A stretch of 53,954 bases of DNA, filler included, from Sphacelaria rigidula (lineage: Eukaryota): the NCBI GenBank assembly GCA_964200075.2. It is 5 parts of 5 records of this genome, joined end to end, with 100 filler letters (N's around TTAATTAATTAA, not from the genome) between each part and the next. Parts side by side here need not be neighbours in the genome. Positions count along the whole stretch, not along the records: positions 32,436 to 43,145 come from CAXNAA020006043.1; positions 43,246 to 53,954 come from CAXNAA020006044.1; 3 more parts are not named here. One strand, 5' to 3'. The notes under the pieces were generated by a model. The model saw only the letters and a program-made list of their open reading frames with translations, was not told the origin of the DNA and made no database searches. Shown here piece by piece: positions 34,305 through 47,521 of the stretch (the stretch's first letter is position 1; every line of letters starts with the position of its first letter). Made by a program: the position numbers and the translations under genes.

Positions 34305-37300
34305 TTTGGTTTGATTTATTATCGCACATTAATTGATCTCTGAGGAGCTGAGCCGTGGTCACACGAGACGCCCCCAAGGCAAGCAAACGGAAATGCTCGC
34401 TGGAGAAGATAAATGGAGTAAATTGTCGAACAAAAACAAAAGAAGCAGCAAAGCGAAGCCAAGCGGAGAATGAAGAAGCAGGGGAATTGAGCAGAGCTTC
34501 AAAATACATAAATGACGCAACAAAACTGCAAGTGACCGGCCCCTGCAGCATGGCTTTGGGTTAAAAAAACCTTGCGAAAAAAAACATATACAGAAGAAAC
34601 AAAGAGACCGTGGGAGTAGATTTCGGCTCAGCTATTTCCGACCATATTATTTGGGCATGAGCTCTCAGGCATGAGCTCTACTGAAGCAAGGCACCAGGCG
34701 GCTACTCGTATGCCACTGGGAGGGAAGAAACGATGACAGAGAGAAAAATGAGAGATGAAGGGAACTACGCAAAAGCACAATCAGGGAACACCGCAAGACC
34801 GCAGACCAGGGACAAAGTCGACAACCGAAAAGAGAGAGTAGGGATATATCGGTTTCCGTGCTATCCGAGCTTCCCCTCTTATTCCTAGTCAGGTACAAAG
34901 CAGGACACTCTCTCTCCCATTTCCATGCTGAACTCCTCGCAAGCTGTTGTTGTTGTTGTTGTGCCAGCGGTGGCGGCCCTCCGATTGTCGGTCCTAGATG
35001 CAGCAGCCTCTCGTTTGTAGCGAAGGTCCGACCGGAGTTTGTCTTCGCGTTGCCACGTCTCGTTGAGCTCTTCCTCTCCCTTCTCGACTTCGAGGTGTCA
35101 TTTGCCCACGTTCTTCGCCGCAGTGACTCATTCATATGCGTCTTTGACCTCTACACCATACCCGAACCACTTCCGTCGTACTCCTTTGCACGGAAGAGTC
35201 CCTGGTGCATACAGATTCTCCTGGAGGTCGTCCCCCCAATGTTTAAAGGGGCGGCCAGCCTACTTGGCCCCTTACGCGGCTGACCGTCTGCACGATGCGC
35301 TTTGGAAGACCTATTTCGCCCTGCCCAACAAGAGCCCCCGCGAACCAGAGTCGACGCTCGCGGGTGGTCGTCTCGGCACCTTTGCAATCGGTCATCTCGA
35401 GCACATATCTGTACGAAAGGGTCTTAAAGCCAGTTTGCTCCTTGCTGCGGAATTCAACTAGCCGCGGCAAAAGCCTGTAGTGGGCAGCGCTCAGGCTCTC
35501 GAAGTCCGCGGGACGCAGCATCCATGCAGCACATCCGTACAGCATAGTTTCCACCACCTAGTCGCTTTCAGCAGCCGGGTTTTCAGGTGTAGCTGGGCGT
35601 TGGGCAGATCTTGGATGTGGGAACTATACTTTCGGAGACGTGCCCACGCAGGGCTTATGTGCAGTTTATTCCGGTGGAAATGTTCGCATCCGCGCTAACA
35701 GCACCACCACCGTAGGCAAAGTTGGCCGCCAACTTAAACCGTTGCCCTTCCGCGTTTATGTGCAGTGAAGTTTGTTCGGAGCTGGGTACAGACTACAGGC
35801 GCATGGGTCTTGTCTTTCTCTTCAAAACCGTCAATCCGAACTCCTGACAGGCCACCACTATCGCGGCCATCAATTTAATAAACCCGTCTTGGAACGTCGA
35901 GGTTATACCGGCGCCATCCGATGTATCATTCCCCAACCGCACGCCGCAACTATTCCAGCGGCGTATCTTCCAGGGGTTCATCATCCTCACGTTTTGGCCC
36001 ATCATCTAGATATGCCAAGTCAGAGACGATAGCTGGGTCTGCCGCGAGTCGCTGCAGGATCACACCGATCAAGGCTGCGCCGAATATGTTGAACAATAGA
36101 GGGGACGGAACACACCCTTGCCTGAGTCCCTGGCACACGTGGAGCCATGCTGGTAGCTAGCTCATCATCCAGCTGTACCCGAGATCGCATGCCGCCGTGC
36201 AACATACGAATGACCTTCATTACCCCCAGCGGGACTGCGAATCGGGCAAGCACTCCCCACAGGAGCGTGCGGTCTACGCAGTCGTAGGCCTCGTGCAGCT
36301 TGATGAAGCAGCAAGTTTAGTGGGACAATGGTCGCCCCTCCCAACTCCTGTAGTAGACGTACCACGAGCATTATGTCGGTCGATAGTTGGCGCCGGAATC
36401 CGCACTGCTCCTCCGACAAAATCCATTCCTGTTGGCTACAATTCTGAGGAAAACATTACCAGCATGTATCACGAGTGATATGGTCCTATAGGTACTACAC
36501 CAGGCCCTGTCCTTCTTCAGATGTAGCACCTTTACAGTGGCGTCGTACCACTCCTGTGGCACCACGCCAGATGTTCAGGCCGCAACGATGATGCTGTGGA
36601 AGTGGTACAGAATCTCCGAAGGCTCCATGACCAACTCAGGCACGAGGAGTTCCCCAGAAAGACCATCCTAAGCCGTCGCTATGCCGCTAGCCATAGCGCT
36701 CAGGGCATCCTTAATTTTAGTCGGACTTGGCGAGTCTCCAAGTGACAAACGTTGTCTGTCGTTGCGCAATGTTCTCGATGACTGCTCGGTCGATATTTAC
36801 CTATATGGCATTCAGCAATGTGGAGAAGTATCGTTCCCATCCCTCACAGAGTGGGCCTTGGCCCCTCGATAGTTTCCCATCCTCGTCTCCCGCACAATGC
36901 TCCCCCTCTACTTTTCGCCCCGCCAGATTCCATCCTCTTTGCAGAATCACCGTCTTCTCATGTTCCCAACTCCAGTATACTCCCCTAGTCCTTTGCATAC
37001 ACATCCAGGTACCTGTCCACCCCAGATTGGATCAGATCACCTTATTGAGGCTCCTGCACACTGCTCGCAAGGTGCGAGATCCGGAATTATCTTTCGGTTC
37101 TATGCGCATCGTCAACCTCACCCTTTCCCTCTCATTCCAGGTCTGTTCGAACTCCGTGCGGATGGCAACATCTTCGCACCCAGTATACGTGGCTGTCGGG
37201 TCTGACGGGGCCCTATTTTCTCAGCAGAGCTCAGAAGTATATCGGCGACATCCGCAGTCAAAGCAGTGACTGTATCGCCAGTTTAACCACACTTTACCTC

Positions 37301-38850
37301 GCTGATGGTGATCTGGGGGAATTGCTGACGTCTATAGGTTGTCAGATATTATTATGATATATTGCGTGCCTATGGATCGGTTTGCGCCCGGTGGGGATTC
37401 GCCGAGGCCTGTTGTGTGCGAAGCGACCAAGGAGGCGCACTGCGGCACACACGATGCTGTGGTCAGAGCCCGGCGAGCTGGGTGGGTGAAGGTGGACGGT
37501 GATATTATGAACAAGCCTGCGGTGACCTCGGCTTATCAAGATATGGCCAGTGTGTTTCTTGTCCGCTGGACGATCCGCGATACCGCTAAACGTACGCAAC
37601 GCGCCTTCTTTGGGAGTGGAAAAACGTTTTGATAAGCCTATTGTAATCCGAAAATCGTAGTAAAGAGGTGCCGTTGCTGTCGTTGGGCCGGGAGTCCTGA
37701 CCGTAGGCCTCCACTATGTCACCGGTCTCTCTTATCCTTACCCTACTCCTCACGTGAGCCTCCATCAAAATAAATAGGTGGTAATTCTTGGAAACTCGAA
37801 TCACATTGCTGCTCAACTCAGTCCAGAACATACATCTTGCTTTCCTCTCGACTTAGATGTATCTGTCGGAGCAAAGACAACTACAAACGTGACAGCGCTC
37901 GATTTGCCTGCCAGTTTGGAAGTCATCGACATGAGGCGTTCGCTGGTGAGCGCCTGAGTTCATGTCGCTTAATTGATGATCGACTCTCTGACCGCGAAAC
38001 TGACCCCATATTGTCCGGTCCTTTCCTTGCCCCTTTCCGCCCCGCAGCAGAAGACTCCCTATCCCGCAGCAGCGAACTCGGGTCCGGCCCGACCGTCTCG
38101 TCTCCCGCAGTCCGATGACGTGACAACTCATCGCTTGACATTTTTGCAGAACCACTTGAGCATGGCTAGCCCCGTTTTTTCCCGTGAGGGACAGTGTACG
38201 AACGTTGTTGGCCACCACTTCGAGCTCCCCGATACGCGACCTAGCTCTAGCCTTACCTATATCAACACCCTTTGCTGTTTGTTCTGCCCTCCTTCTTGGT
38301 CTGTTGTTCATTCCAACCTTCCGCACGACCTTCCTCTTTCTGTTCAGAATTTTCCTAGGCACGTCGATCACTTGCACTCAGTCTCACGGCGAGGGTACAG
38401 CCGTCCCAGCCCGCGTCGGCCTCTAGCTCCAGTCCGCCTAATATGGCACTTACCCACATATTTCTCATCTCCATCGACGTATTTTTCATGATGGTGCCCA
38501 AACTCTGGGTCGAGTTTGGATCCCAGTACGGGGCAAAAGCAGCAGGTGCAGAGGGTAGCCTAGCGTTCAACGCTGTCGACATGGCCCACTGCCTAGTTTG
38601 AGTGTTGCATCACCGCTGACACGAAACACAGAAAAGCCTGTAGATCTCTCCTCTGCGTGATTTTGTCGTTCGGTCGCTGGTTGGGGTTAGCTTACCCCGA
38701 CACAACTATCCCCAGTAGGACGGCGGTCGGGGGACAGAGAGTGTGTATTTTAGGGTACAGCACAAGGGGTCATTATATTCCGATGGATATTGGGGTGAGG
38801 CGCCTAATAGCTGACCCTTGCAGGAGCTGGTTCAACCAAGGGTAGTTATA
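34305..38850 (-). mobile_element. Near full-length, decayed RTE-clade LINE (AP endonuclease plus reverse transcriptase)
   Basis: Ordered minus-strand motifs: NNVRTL...IGLRETRR (APE); VPQEWYDATVKVLHLKKD...YRTISL, EEQCGFR, QGLRQGCVPSPLLFNIF (RT); ETMLYGCAAW...RRLWFAG...LPKRI (C-terminal). The 3' end is gaccacgg...taatgtgcgataataaatc. Many frameshifts and stops. The 5' boundary is approximate. Confidence 0.92.
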
Positions 38851-40299
38851 TCACTCGTGGTGCTCATTATCCCGTAACACGGAGGGGTCTGAGTGATGAA
38901 GAAAAAAAATATGAGTGCTGCGGGTGTCTTTGGTGCGGATTTACAATATCAAGCTTGCATATTCTAATTTTTGTGGATATATTCAAAAATCTGCGAACTT
39001 GTTTCACCCATCAACCGGACCGAAGTATCAACCACAGGGAATCTGTCAGGAGGCGGGAAGGCGGAGTGGGGGAGGTGGGGAAGGATGGATAGATGAAGGA
39101 AGAGATGGATAGGTGGCGTGTTTTTCATGTAACCTACAGAGGACGTCTAGTGTTTGCCAACTAGGCAAGCGAGAGGGTCAAATGAGAGTTCGGTCGGAAG
39201 GTACCGCTGTGTGATATTGGCGTCGACAACGATGCAGAGTTTGTCGCGTAGTGTCCGCGTTAGGCCTAGTTGCGTTGTGAAAAGCAAAAAGAGCGAGTGG
39301 TGCGGGATTCGGAGCCTTCCGAGACTAAAATGTCGAGAAAAGGTTGAAGAGGGGAAACATTATGGGAGAGATTGTTGATAGATATTCGTTGGAAAATCAC
39401 ATAAACTGGGGAGTTCATAGGCAACTGATCCCGGGCAAACACCAGGATATGGCTCGGAAAGCGGGAAAATTAGCCGCACACCTTTGCAATTGCCATCTTC
39501 TAACCCGCTCCGTACTCTGATATTGAAATGTTGCACGCTCGAAACGAAACCAACTGCTCCGCGTTTTGCCACGCCAAACACAACAGAAAGATACTCGACA
39601 ATACAGGCTGTCGAAAATGTTGGTGGTGCGATCATATAGGGCAAAACTCTGGGAATTTTGAGGAAATATTGAAATCAAACATGTATGCATGCCATGGACG
39701 TCGATGCAGCACGTTCGAACAAAATGCAGCAAACAATTGTTACATGAGTTTTAAGCGATTAAAACACATCGCCAGAAAATCGTATGTTGGATCAGATTAT
39801 AATGTTCGAAGCGGGAAAAAATTCGAGGGTGCCGGGGGCACAATTAACTCTGGCGCTCGAACACCAGCAGTAACTCTAACCTACGATGAGAGGCGGAGAA
39901 ACAAGAATACTCTCAACTTCCGAAGCACGTCTGATTCTATTCGACGGCGTGAACTGAATGGTGCTATTTTAAATAGCCTTGAGACCATCCGACACTTGTA
40001 ATTTCGCTGCACGCTTCACATTTGGGGGATACTTCTGCAAGAGCACTTATCGGTTAACATTTATTTACAAGATGACATCTCATTGAGCGCCGAGGGCTCT
40101 CCCATTAGCAGCCACCGGGCTACCTGGATGGCACGACGTTTTGTAGCACTTGCGGGGAATCTGGCATTTCTGACTGATCTCTCTTCAGTCATCTGATTAA
40201 ATTGTGGCCCACTTCGCCTTTTTCGACGCTGTAGCACGTGGAATTCGCCATACCTGTTGTGAAGATCACCTCCAATCACGCATACATAATCCATGACCG

Positions 40300-40395
40300 C
40301 ACAGCGAGTGTTTCAGTTTTGTTTTTCTTCGGTACGTCTATCATGCGACCACGGCTGGACCCATGGGTGGTCAGTTAAAGTGCGACAATCAATAA
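40300..40395 (+). mobile_element. Short RTE LINE 3' terminus
   Basis: agcgagtgtttc...ggtacgtctatcatgcgaccacggctggacccatgggtggtc...taaagtgcgacaatcaat is nearly identical to 23938-24030. Confidence 0.8.
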
Positions 40396-42131
40396 AAAAA
40401 ATATCTTGCGAGTCCCACATGAATACACAACAACCGTACAAGAGATTGGCATATATACATATATATATATATATATCGTGCTTTTTCGCACGTTTGCAAA
40501 ATGACGATGTAGTGTTTCTTATCGTTTTTTCTTCCCATGCATCATTCATACAAGAGTACCTCAGAGTGCGGCCGCCAGGCCAATCCGAGCTCTTGACGAT
40601 TTCCATGCACTTGATCTCCACACAGAACGAATCCTCGGGGCGGATCCAGGAGGCCACCGGCGCCATGTCGCGCCCTTTCATCTTTTGCCGAAACGTTTCC
40701 GGTACATGAGGACAAGGGCTACTCGTTGTCGTTTGCCCGGGAGCGACCCCAGCGCCCATTGGTTTCCGATGACAGGAATGTTCGTGTTTTGTTTCCAACC
40801 AACACGACCGCCGATGCAATGTGCCGTGCCGTAAAATCCCGAGGTGGGCCCCGGTGGGGTTGGATCAAGTCAGAAATGAACACATGCGTGCCAGGCAAAA
40901 AACACAACGAATTTGGAAGGGACAGGGAGAGAGAGAGGATTAGCAGGGTCCACACACCCACCACGTACGGTGGACGATTGTGCATTTCCTCCGCATCTTG
41001 GATGGCAAACCTTTGCGGTAGACACAAGTCGCTAAGAGCAAATGGAACCAGCTATTTGTGTTGGTGTTGTCATCGTTACTGCTACTACTACTGTTTTTAC
41101 TTTCGTGCCTGTTCCGTCTAAGTTTATCGAAATCACAACAGTTGCAATCACCTGAACACTGAAACCAGGTAAAGACGCCATCCGAAAACTGGGTCAACGT
41201 AAGACTAAACAACTTTTCGTGCGTTTCGTCGAACCTGGCCCCTGGAAAAACCTATCGTGAACGATGACAGAAAAATAGTAATTGTTCTCATACCTGTCGT
41301 CAAAGCTGATCCACTTGTCCTTTGTCCGCTCGTTCAAGTCTTCCAGTTGAACCCTGTTGAAGCCAGACCCCACCTTTTTGGTTGTTCACAAACCACGGAC
41401 AGCAAAACGAGTTCAGGGCAAATGCTGGTTCCATCATTCATGGAAGCCATAGCTGGGAATTTATACAAGAACCAACAAACTGGCGATGCTGAATTCAATT
41501 ACATGGACAAACTAGATGTGGCGCTTGGCTATTTCCTCAGGATCTAGACGAAGTCTACACAGATGATAAGATACCCGTCAGTTATGACGTTGAATACACC
41601 CTAACAAAATGGCTGTTACCTGCCTTATCCTTAGATACAGACAATATCAGCACTGCGTACACAGGATATCTGGCAATCTCAATCTTTTCATTTTGCCAAC
41701 GCTCAACTTCCACATCGTTACTTGCTGCTTCTTCAGCTACAAAGATCACCATCGAGCCGGAACGCGCACGGCCAACATACTTCGCCATTTTCTAGGCGAC
41801 GAAGCTGGAGCAAAGGGGCGCGGGAAACGGCTGCACCGCAATCAACCGCCAGAACAAATGCGGCCACGCTTCACTTTTTCTCGATGCGCCAACAAACCCC
41901 GAGCACCGTGCACTTTGTAGAGCTTTCACGTAATCCAAAATGGTACAAGCTTCGGAGCTAAACTATTTCAATACATTTTGTCGAGTTTTGGGTTTCACTG
42001 TGTTCTTCTCCGTTGGCGTCCAGGTCATCGACCTACCGAAGTTAATGATGCTCCCTCGCAAAACGTTGTCACTGCACCCGTACATCGTATTCTGTAGTCT
42101 CCTTTCCTGTTCTCTCTTTTTCTCCTCGTCT

Positions 42132-42136
<5 letters not shown>

Positions 42137-42167
<31 letters not shown>
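42137..42167. repeat. (GT)n microsatellite
   Basis: Directly visible. Confidence 0.95.
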
Positions 42168-42169
<2 letters not shown>

Positions 42170-42439
42170 CCTTTCTCCTGGTGTATGCAAGTCGCAGTGT
42201 GTTGGCTCGCTTCCGTAGCCTTTATGGGTGAGAGCTCATACGCTAAACAGTGTGGCCGAAATAGATGAGCCGCAAACTGTTCACACGGCATTTGTATTGG
42301 ATATCAATGCGTGTGCTTATGCGCAAGCCATTTTGTACCTGAAGACATGTTGGAGAGGCCGGTCATTTCTAGCTCTTTTGTCATCATATTTGTTTCTCAA
42401 TCTACTCTGCATGTTGTACCTCCCTCGTTCTTCAAGTTC

Positions 42440-42560
42440 CTTCCGCGAGTGTTTCTATCTTCTATCTCGGCTCCGTATATGGCAGTGACTAATGTGACGA
42501 CGGCTGGATCCCTGGGGTATCCGTTAATGTGCGATTATCAACCAATGGATCACTCAATCA
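42440..42560 (+). mobile_element. Diverged RTE LINE 3' terminus
   Basis: gcgagtgtttct...gtgacgacggctggatccctgggg...ttaatgtgcgattatcaaccaat. Confidence 0.6.
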
Positions 42561-43145
42561 ACTCGTCCGTTCAATGCTGACTTGTACGTACGAAGGTACC
42601 GGAGATTACAGTGGATAACACCCCCGAAGACGAAGATTTTTCAGCCTCGAGTTTGTCCAAGACCACGGCTCTAACGACGCTCATGGTTGTGTTGCCATAG
42701 AGAACTCTTCAAGTTCTCTCCGCGCACGACGAAGGTTGGCATTGCAAACGCTTTTCTGTTGCCATATCGACGATGAAAGCAGAATTACTGGGTGGGGGGG
42801 GCGGGATATCCTCTTGAATGTACCGTATTCGTACAGAGAAGCTATGCGCTTTTTTCCAAACGTTCATGCCCACGTTCGAGTCTACCCTTTATCGCAACCA
42901 AGATAGATTGTTAGGCAGCCCACACAGATGAGACGACCGAACGGCCTACGGAGCTCCGCATACATATACTGCAACATGCACACAAACCTGATATATCCGA
43001 TCAAGTTCTGGACGTTCCAACAGCATCTGAATCAGGTGATGCTAACCTATCTGTACGTACCATATGGTCCGCCCCCCCCACCCCTCCCCCATGGTGAGGC
43101 CCCTGTGAGGCAGTGTATAAGCTGTGGCTGTCTCAGGAAGTGGCG

Positions 43146-43245
43146 NNNNNNNNNNNNNNNNNNNNNNNNNNNNNNNNNNNNNNNNNNNNTTAATTAATTA
43201 ANNNNNNNNNNNNNNNNNNNNNNNNNNNNNNNNNNNNNNNNNNNN
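43146..43245. other. Artificial contig linker
   Basis: N44-TTAATTAATTAA-N44. Confidence 0.98.
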
Positions 43246-43388
43246 GGCCGAAGAAATCGTGAATTTGGTGATTTTGAGTCGTGATGATTTGTCCTAACCG
43301 TGATAAATACTCACTATCCACATGATCATGAAAAAAGGCGTTTTGTGTAGCGAGAAAAAAATTGTTCTGAACCCCCAAGTGTGGCATA

Positions 43389-43939
43389 CAGTACCCCAAG
43401 TTCTAAATGGGGAATTTCGTGGTATCTTCGTCATTGGCGATTTTCTCAGGTTCTTTCGCTTACCACCGTTCATCACATTCGGACCCTGAGGATACTAGTA
43501 TCCGCCCCATATTCCAAGAAAACAAAATTATCTGTACTCAATATTGAGTGACTTACGGGCTAACCGGTCATAGGGGGGTCCTGCCACTCTTCAGCCCAGA
43601 TTCTTCTGACTCTTCGGTGTTTTCGGTCGATCGAGCCTGTCCTGATCGTATTTGCCAAGAAACGATAAGGCTTGTCGCTTTGAAATTCCACCAACTCATT
43701 GGACTAGAGCCGAAAAACTGTGTGTCACGGTCAAAAACACTCTCCTGATGAACGGGGTACCTACTCGTATCGCCCGATAACATTGACCAGCAATGTTAAC
43801 TTGGGTTGGGCACTGGGAGGGAAGACGATCTGTTTATTTTACCATAATCTATGGACGCTAGCAAATTCAAGTTCTATCGAAGAGTGCACGCGAGAAAACT
43901 CCCAACTTAGGCCGTGCCCATCACGAACTTGGGGTACTA
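43389..43939. mobile_element. Tc1/mariner-superfamily non-autonomous element
   Basis: TA|cagtaccccaagttctaaatggg...cccatcacgaacttggggtacta|TA. Confidence 0.7.
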
Positions 43940-44450
43940 TAGTCCATCTCAGTCCACTTGCGGGCGGGTGCGCTGTCTAAGGGTTGAGGTCCAACTCTAC
44001 AGATTGAGGTGAGGCGGGGCCTGCAAACTACAAACCTCTTCTAGGCTGGACCAGCTCGATGCAAGGCAATACCCGTGGTGGTGACTACACTTCAAAGTGC
44101 CAGCACTTATACTGGAGAACATTGACTGGAGCGCGAAGAGGCGTTTGCAGTACTGTAAATTCAAATACCACGAGCTGCATGACGACACGGGATTGCATAC
44201 CCACGATCCCCTTCGTTTGTTACTATTCACGCTCACCAAATATTCTAGAATGCTAGCTTACTGAGAGCCCTGTGCGCTACCAGCCCTCGAGTTGCCGCTG
44301 AATCGATTCACTTGGTTCGTCGGAACTGTACAGTGTCTCTTGTGCTCCAAATCATGCGTAACTTGCAACAAACAGGACAGTAAAATAGTAAAACAGCCTG
44401 TAGTAGAGTCAGATTTAGGGTGCTCGTAGATTTGATATTGTGTCACTGAC

Positions 44451-44616
44451 CACTGTCGTTGAACATGGCGATCAGATCAGCTGGCAAATCTCCAAGCTCA
44501 TTCGACGCAGACCCCAGGATCGATTGCTGTCGCTTTTCCTCTTCCATCGCACCCTCAGCCAAGGGAGCCTCCTCGTCACCGGAGCTGTATCCATAATTAT
44601 CGACTAGAAGCTCCAT
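44451..44616 (-). CDS. Candidate first exon of a nuclear protein with an LVxxYxxSSxDEE N-terminus, reminiscent of USB1-type N-termini
   Basis: ATG at 44616; translation MELLVDNYGYSSGDEEAPLAEGAMEEEKRQQSILGSASNELGDLPADLIAMFNDS; phase-1 donor G|gtcagt. A compatible small exon may lie at 44262-44325. No catalytic-domain exons were seen. Confidence 0.55.
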
Positions 44617-47132
44617 GCTGTACAACTTTACTCCACATTACCACTATTTGCACTGAAATAAATAGACAAAGTCGGCGCAACCGTTGAATCGGCGCAAACT
44701 TAGAACTAGTTTCAGGACCCACGGTCAATCAACGGATCAAGTGTTGGAAAATGACAATAGGATTATGTTTGATTGATCTTGATTTGTGAAACCACAAGCA
44801 CAATCAGACCAGTGGCGGATACCTTGACCGGCCTTGCGTAGTGCCGGGGCACAAAAGCCTGTGGAGGACTGTTCTACCCGACGAAGGGCAGGTGAGCTTG
44901 GTCTTCTTGGCTTGCTACATTGTTCACGTTCATTGTTACACATGCTTACGTAACCACCATCCCTACCTCCAATATGGATCAGAACTTGGAAGTCGCATAT
45001 AGCCGGTATTTCAAGTATCGTCGACAGCAGCTGCCATTGTGTTGTTGTTTGCCATTGTGCTGTTATACACTTCAACTTTACTCCCGCCCTGTTCTTCGGC
45101 ACAGTGAAGTAGATTGTTCATGCACTGCATCCTATGGTGATGACTCCCGTGACGAGTAGTATCCCGCGGTCTCTCGCTTGATTTTCAAAACGCCTGTGGA
45201 ATTTCGCTCTTGGTACATGTTTTTCCTCTGCGCGCGGGCAGTGTATATCGGTCACCAGTTGCGGTTGTTCACGCATGTTCGAAAGAATGGCCCCATTTTC
45301 GCTCGCCAGTGTGCATGATATGTCATGCCCGGTGTACAACCACCACTGATACCAAGAATACCCCACAACTCGACGATGTGTACCGCGCATCATACTATTC
45401 CGCGAGGCCGTTCTACTAGTGGAAACTCCTCGCATGTGCTGGAAGAATTCGCACATTCAGCACAGTACACCACGTGTCGCTACTGACAGTCGAAGCGATC
45501 GGGTGGACGATTAGTGTCTCATTTCTTCGATGTACATGTTCCCAAGGAAAGAGCTCAGCATCCCAAAATTACATACCCAGCCAGCAGCGAGCATGAACTG
45601 GGCATCACCTTGTGATCAACGATCGGATGCAAGGCTGTTTATATTAGTACAGTGAAGCTCATGATCGGCCCAGGCATGAAGCAGGGGCGGGGTTGGTCTT
45701 CTCATTCACGAGACAGCCCGCTGTCACTCGGAATATTCAATGTTCGGGCGGCAGGTATCACATGTTCAGATTTCGAACTAATCTCAACCGGGTATTAAAG
45801 CCCGCCCGTAAGGTACGATCGAACCCCCTTGTTGGGCTTGTCAGCGCAATAGTTTTTCTGGGTGACAAGCGGTGAGTTTCGAATCATGTCCTACTATGCC
45901 GTGCCGCATGTTTTGTTCTGTTTGTTGCTGTTCCGTACTACCCCTGTCCTCTGTAGACAGTGGTACTCAGGAGTGTCCGCATTTTCCATTGTTGTTTATT
46001 GGTCGCATGGAGGCGGTGATACCGGACGCATGGGCGTGTTCTCGTGAGAATCTCGACTGTACTATTATAGACCTCCGGCACGTCCAATTCAAACACCCTA
46101 CCCGCCTAAATTACACGGGTAATATGCAATCTGATTTTGAGAAATTCGAATTTTTCGTCTTGACGACGCGGCGTCACTCCGCAGTAGCGCGCCGTGGTTG
46201 TGCTCCTGTGCGGTGTGGTGCGATACACTAACTCTTGTGGTTTTCAGCGGCTTTGCCACACGCGCCCCTGTATCGTGTGCGATGTTTGTTTCTCCGTACC
46301 GTGGGAAGAGTTGAAGAGTTGCCATTGCCCAACTTGATCGTCGAAAAGTGAAACCTGTAGCTCCGAAATCTGGTGGTTGAGTCTGTGCGTGGAAGCCGAA
46401 AGGTGCATAGTGTGGACATTCCATGTCGCTTGGGATGGTGAAGGGGACCCTTGGCCCCTTGGAAAAACTTGTTCTATTCTTGAGGGTCCCGGGACATACA
46501 TATCTGCGTGCGGTTATGGCCGCAGTTTTACCGTTCGAATACCCTGGGAACTTGGAATCTATTTCGAGATTTTGTCCGCTGACGGTCGATTCCTCGAGTT
46601 TGTGGAAGATGATTCGTGCAAGTATAGCTAGGTGATACAGAGACATGGGCGCTCGGCAGAAGTGTTTCAAAGGAACATTTGTTTCATGGTGAAGTCACCA
46701 CGGTGCAGCTTTTTCGCCCCCAGTGTAACCTTTTGCTGTAGGTAGTGCCAGGCGCAGTAATGTTGATGCGATGGGTGTACCCCACCACCTTTGCTACGCA
46801 TCACAGCCGCTGTAAGGGGATACGATTACCGCTTTGCTTGTCCTGCTCAGTTGGCTGTACGAGCTTGGCCAGCCAAGAGTGGGTGTGAATCTCGCTCAGG
46901 CGACGCACGGCGCTATATTGGGCTGATAATTTTACGGCAGTTTTTTATAATCGAAATGCAAAATATCACGTTAGCGGCAAAGAAGAGAAGAAGAAAAAAA
47001 AAGTTGTGAGCATTTGGAATTTCAGCAAAAATAAGATACTGGCATGAATCCAGGAAAAAAACGAGAATCTGCAGCTGCTCACATGAAGCATCAGTTCCTT
47101 TGGTGCAGAAAGTCTACCTGAAGTTTCGGCTC

Positions 47133-47240
47133 ATTATTATTTTATCATTATTTCCGCACACTAGTCCGATCTCTCGAACCCGTGGTGACAGACGTAGGAT
47201 CGTCCTTCCAATACCGCCCCTGCTTTTCCTCACAAGACAT
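47133..47240 (-). mobile_element. Diverged family A LINE/SINE 3' end
   Basis: tttccgcacactagtccgatctctcgaacccgtggtgacagacgtagg...ttccaataccgcccctgct. Confidence 0.75.
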
Positions 47241-47457
47241 GAGATTCCCCGTATTTTTTTCAGAGACTCCAGCCTAATTACATGAGCAAACGCAATTAAC
47301 TCGAATATTACCAAGATGAAAATAACAAGAGAGACGCCAAGAAAAACATGATCAGTAGCTCTGAGAGTCGTCAAACTGGGCCACGCGTTCAACATTTTCC
47401 GTGACGCTGTCGCATCCCTATTATTCAAGTGAGACAAAATTATTTTACGAACACGTC

Positions 47458-47521
47458 GTGAACGTAGTGTTGGTGAGCTTCAGTCCCAGAAGGGTTAAGG
47501 AGTTCATGAGTTCGAACCCCG
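47458..47521 (+). mobile_element. Possible degenerate tRNA-derived SINE head
   Basis: B-box-like GAGTTCGAACCC at ~47508-47519 with only a weak upstream A-box. Confidence 0.3.

Noticed and set aside
10713..43245. Regularly spaced TTAATTAATTAA motif as a biological periodic repeat or array
   Set aside because: It is always embedded in exactly 44+44 Ns, which marks a synthetic six-frame-stop linker.
46098..46670. 190-aa ORF as a real gene
   Set aside because: It has no recognisable motif or splice structure and starts at a non-ATG codon.
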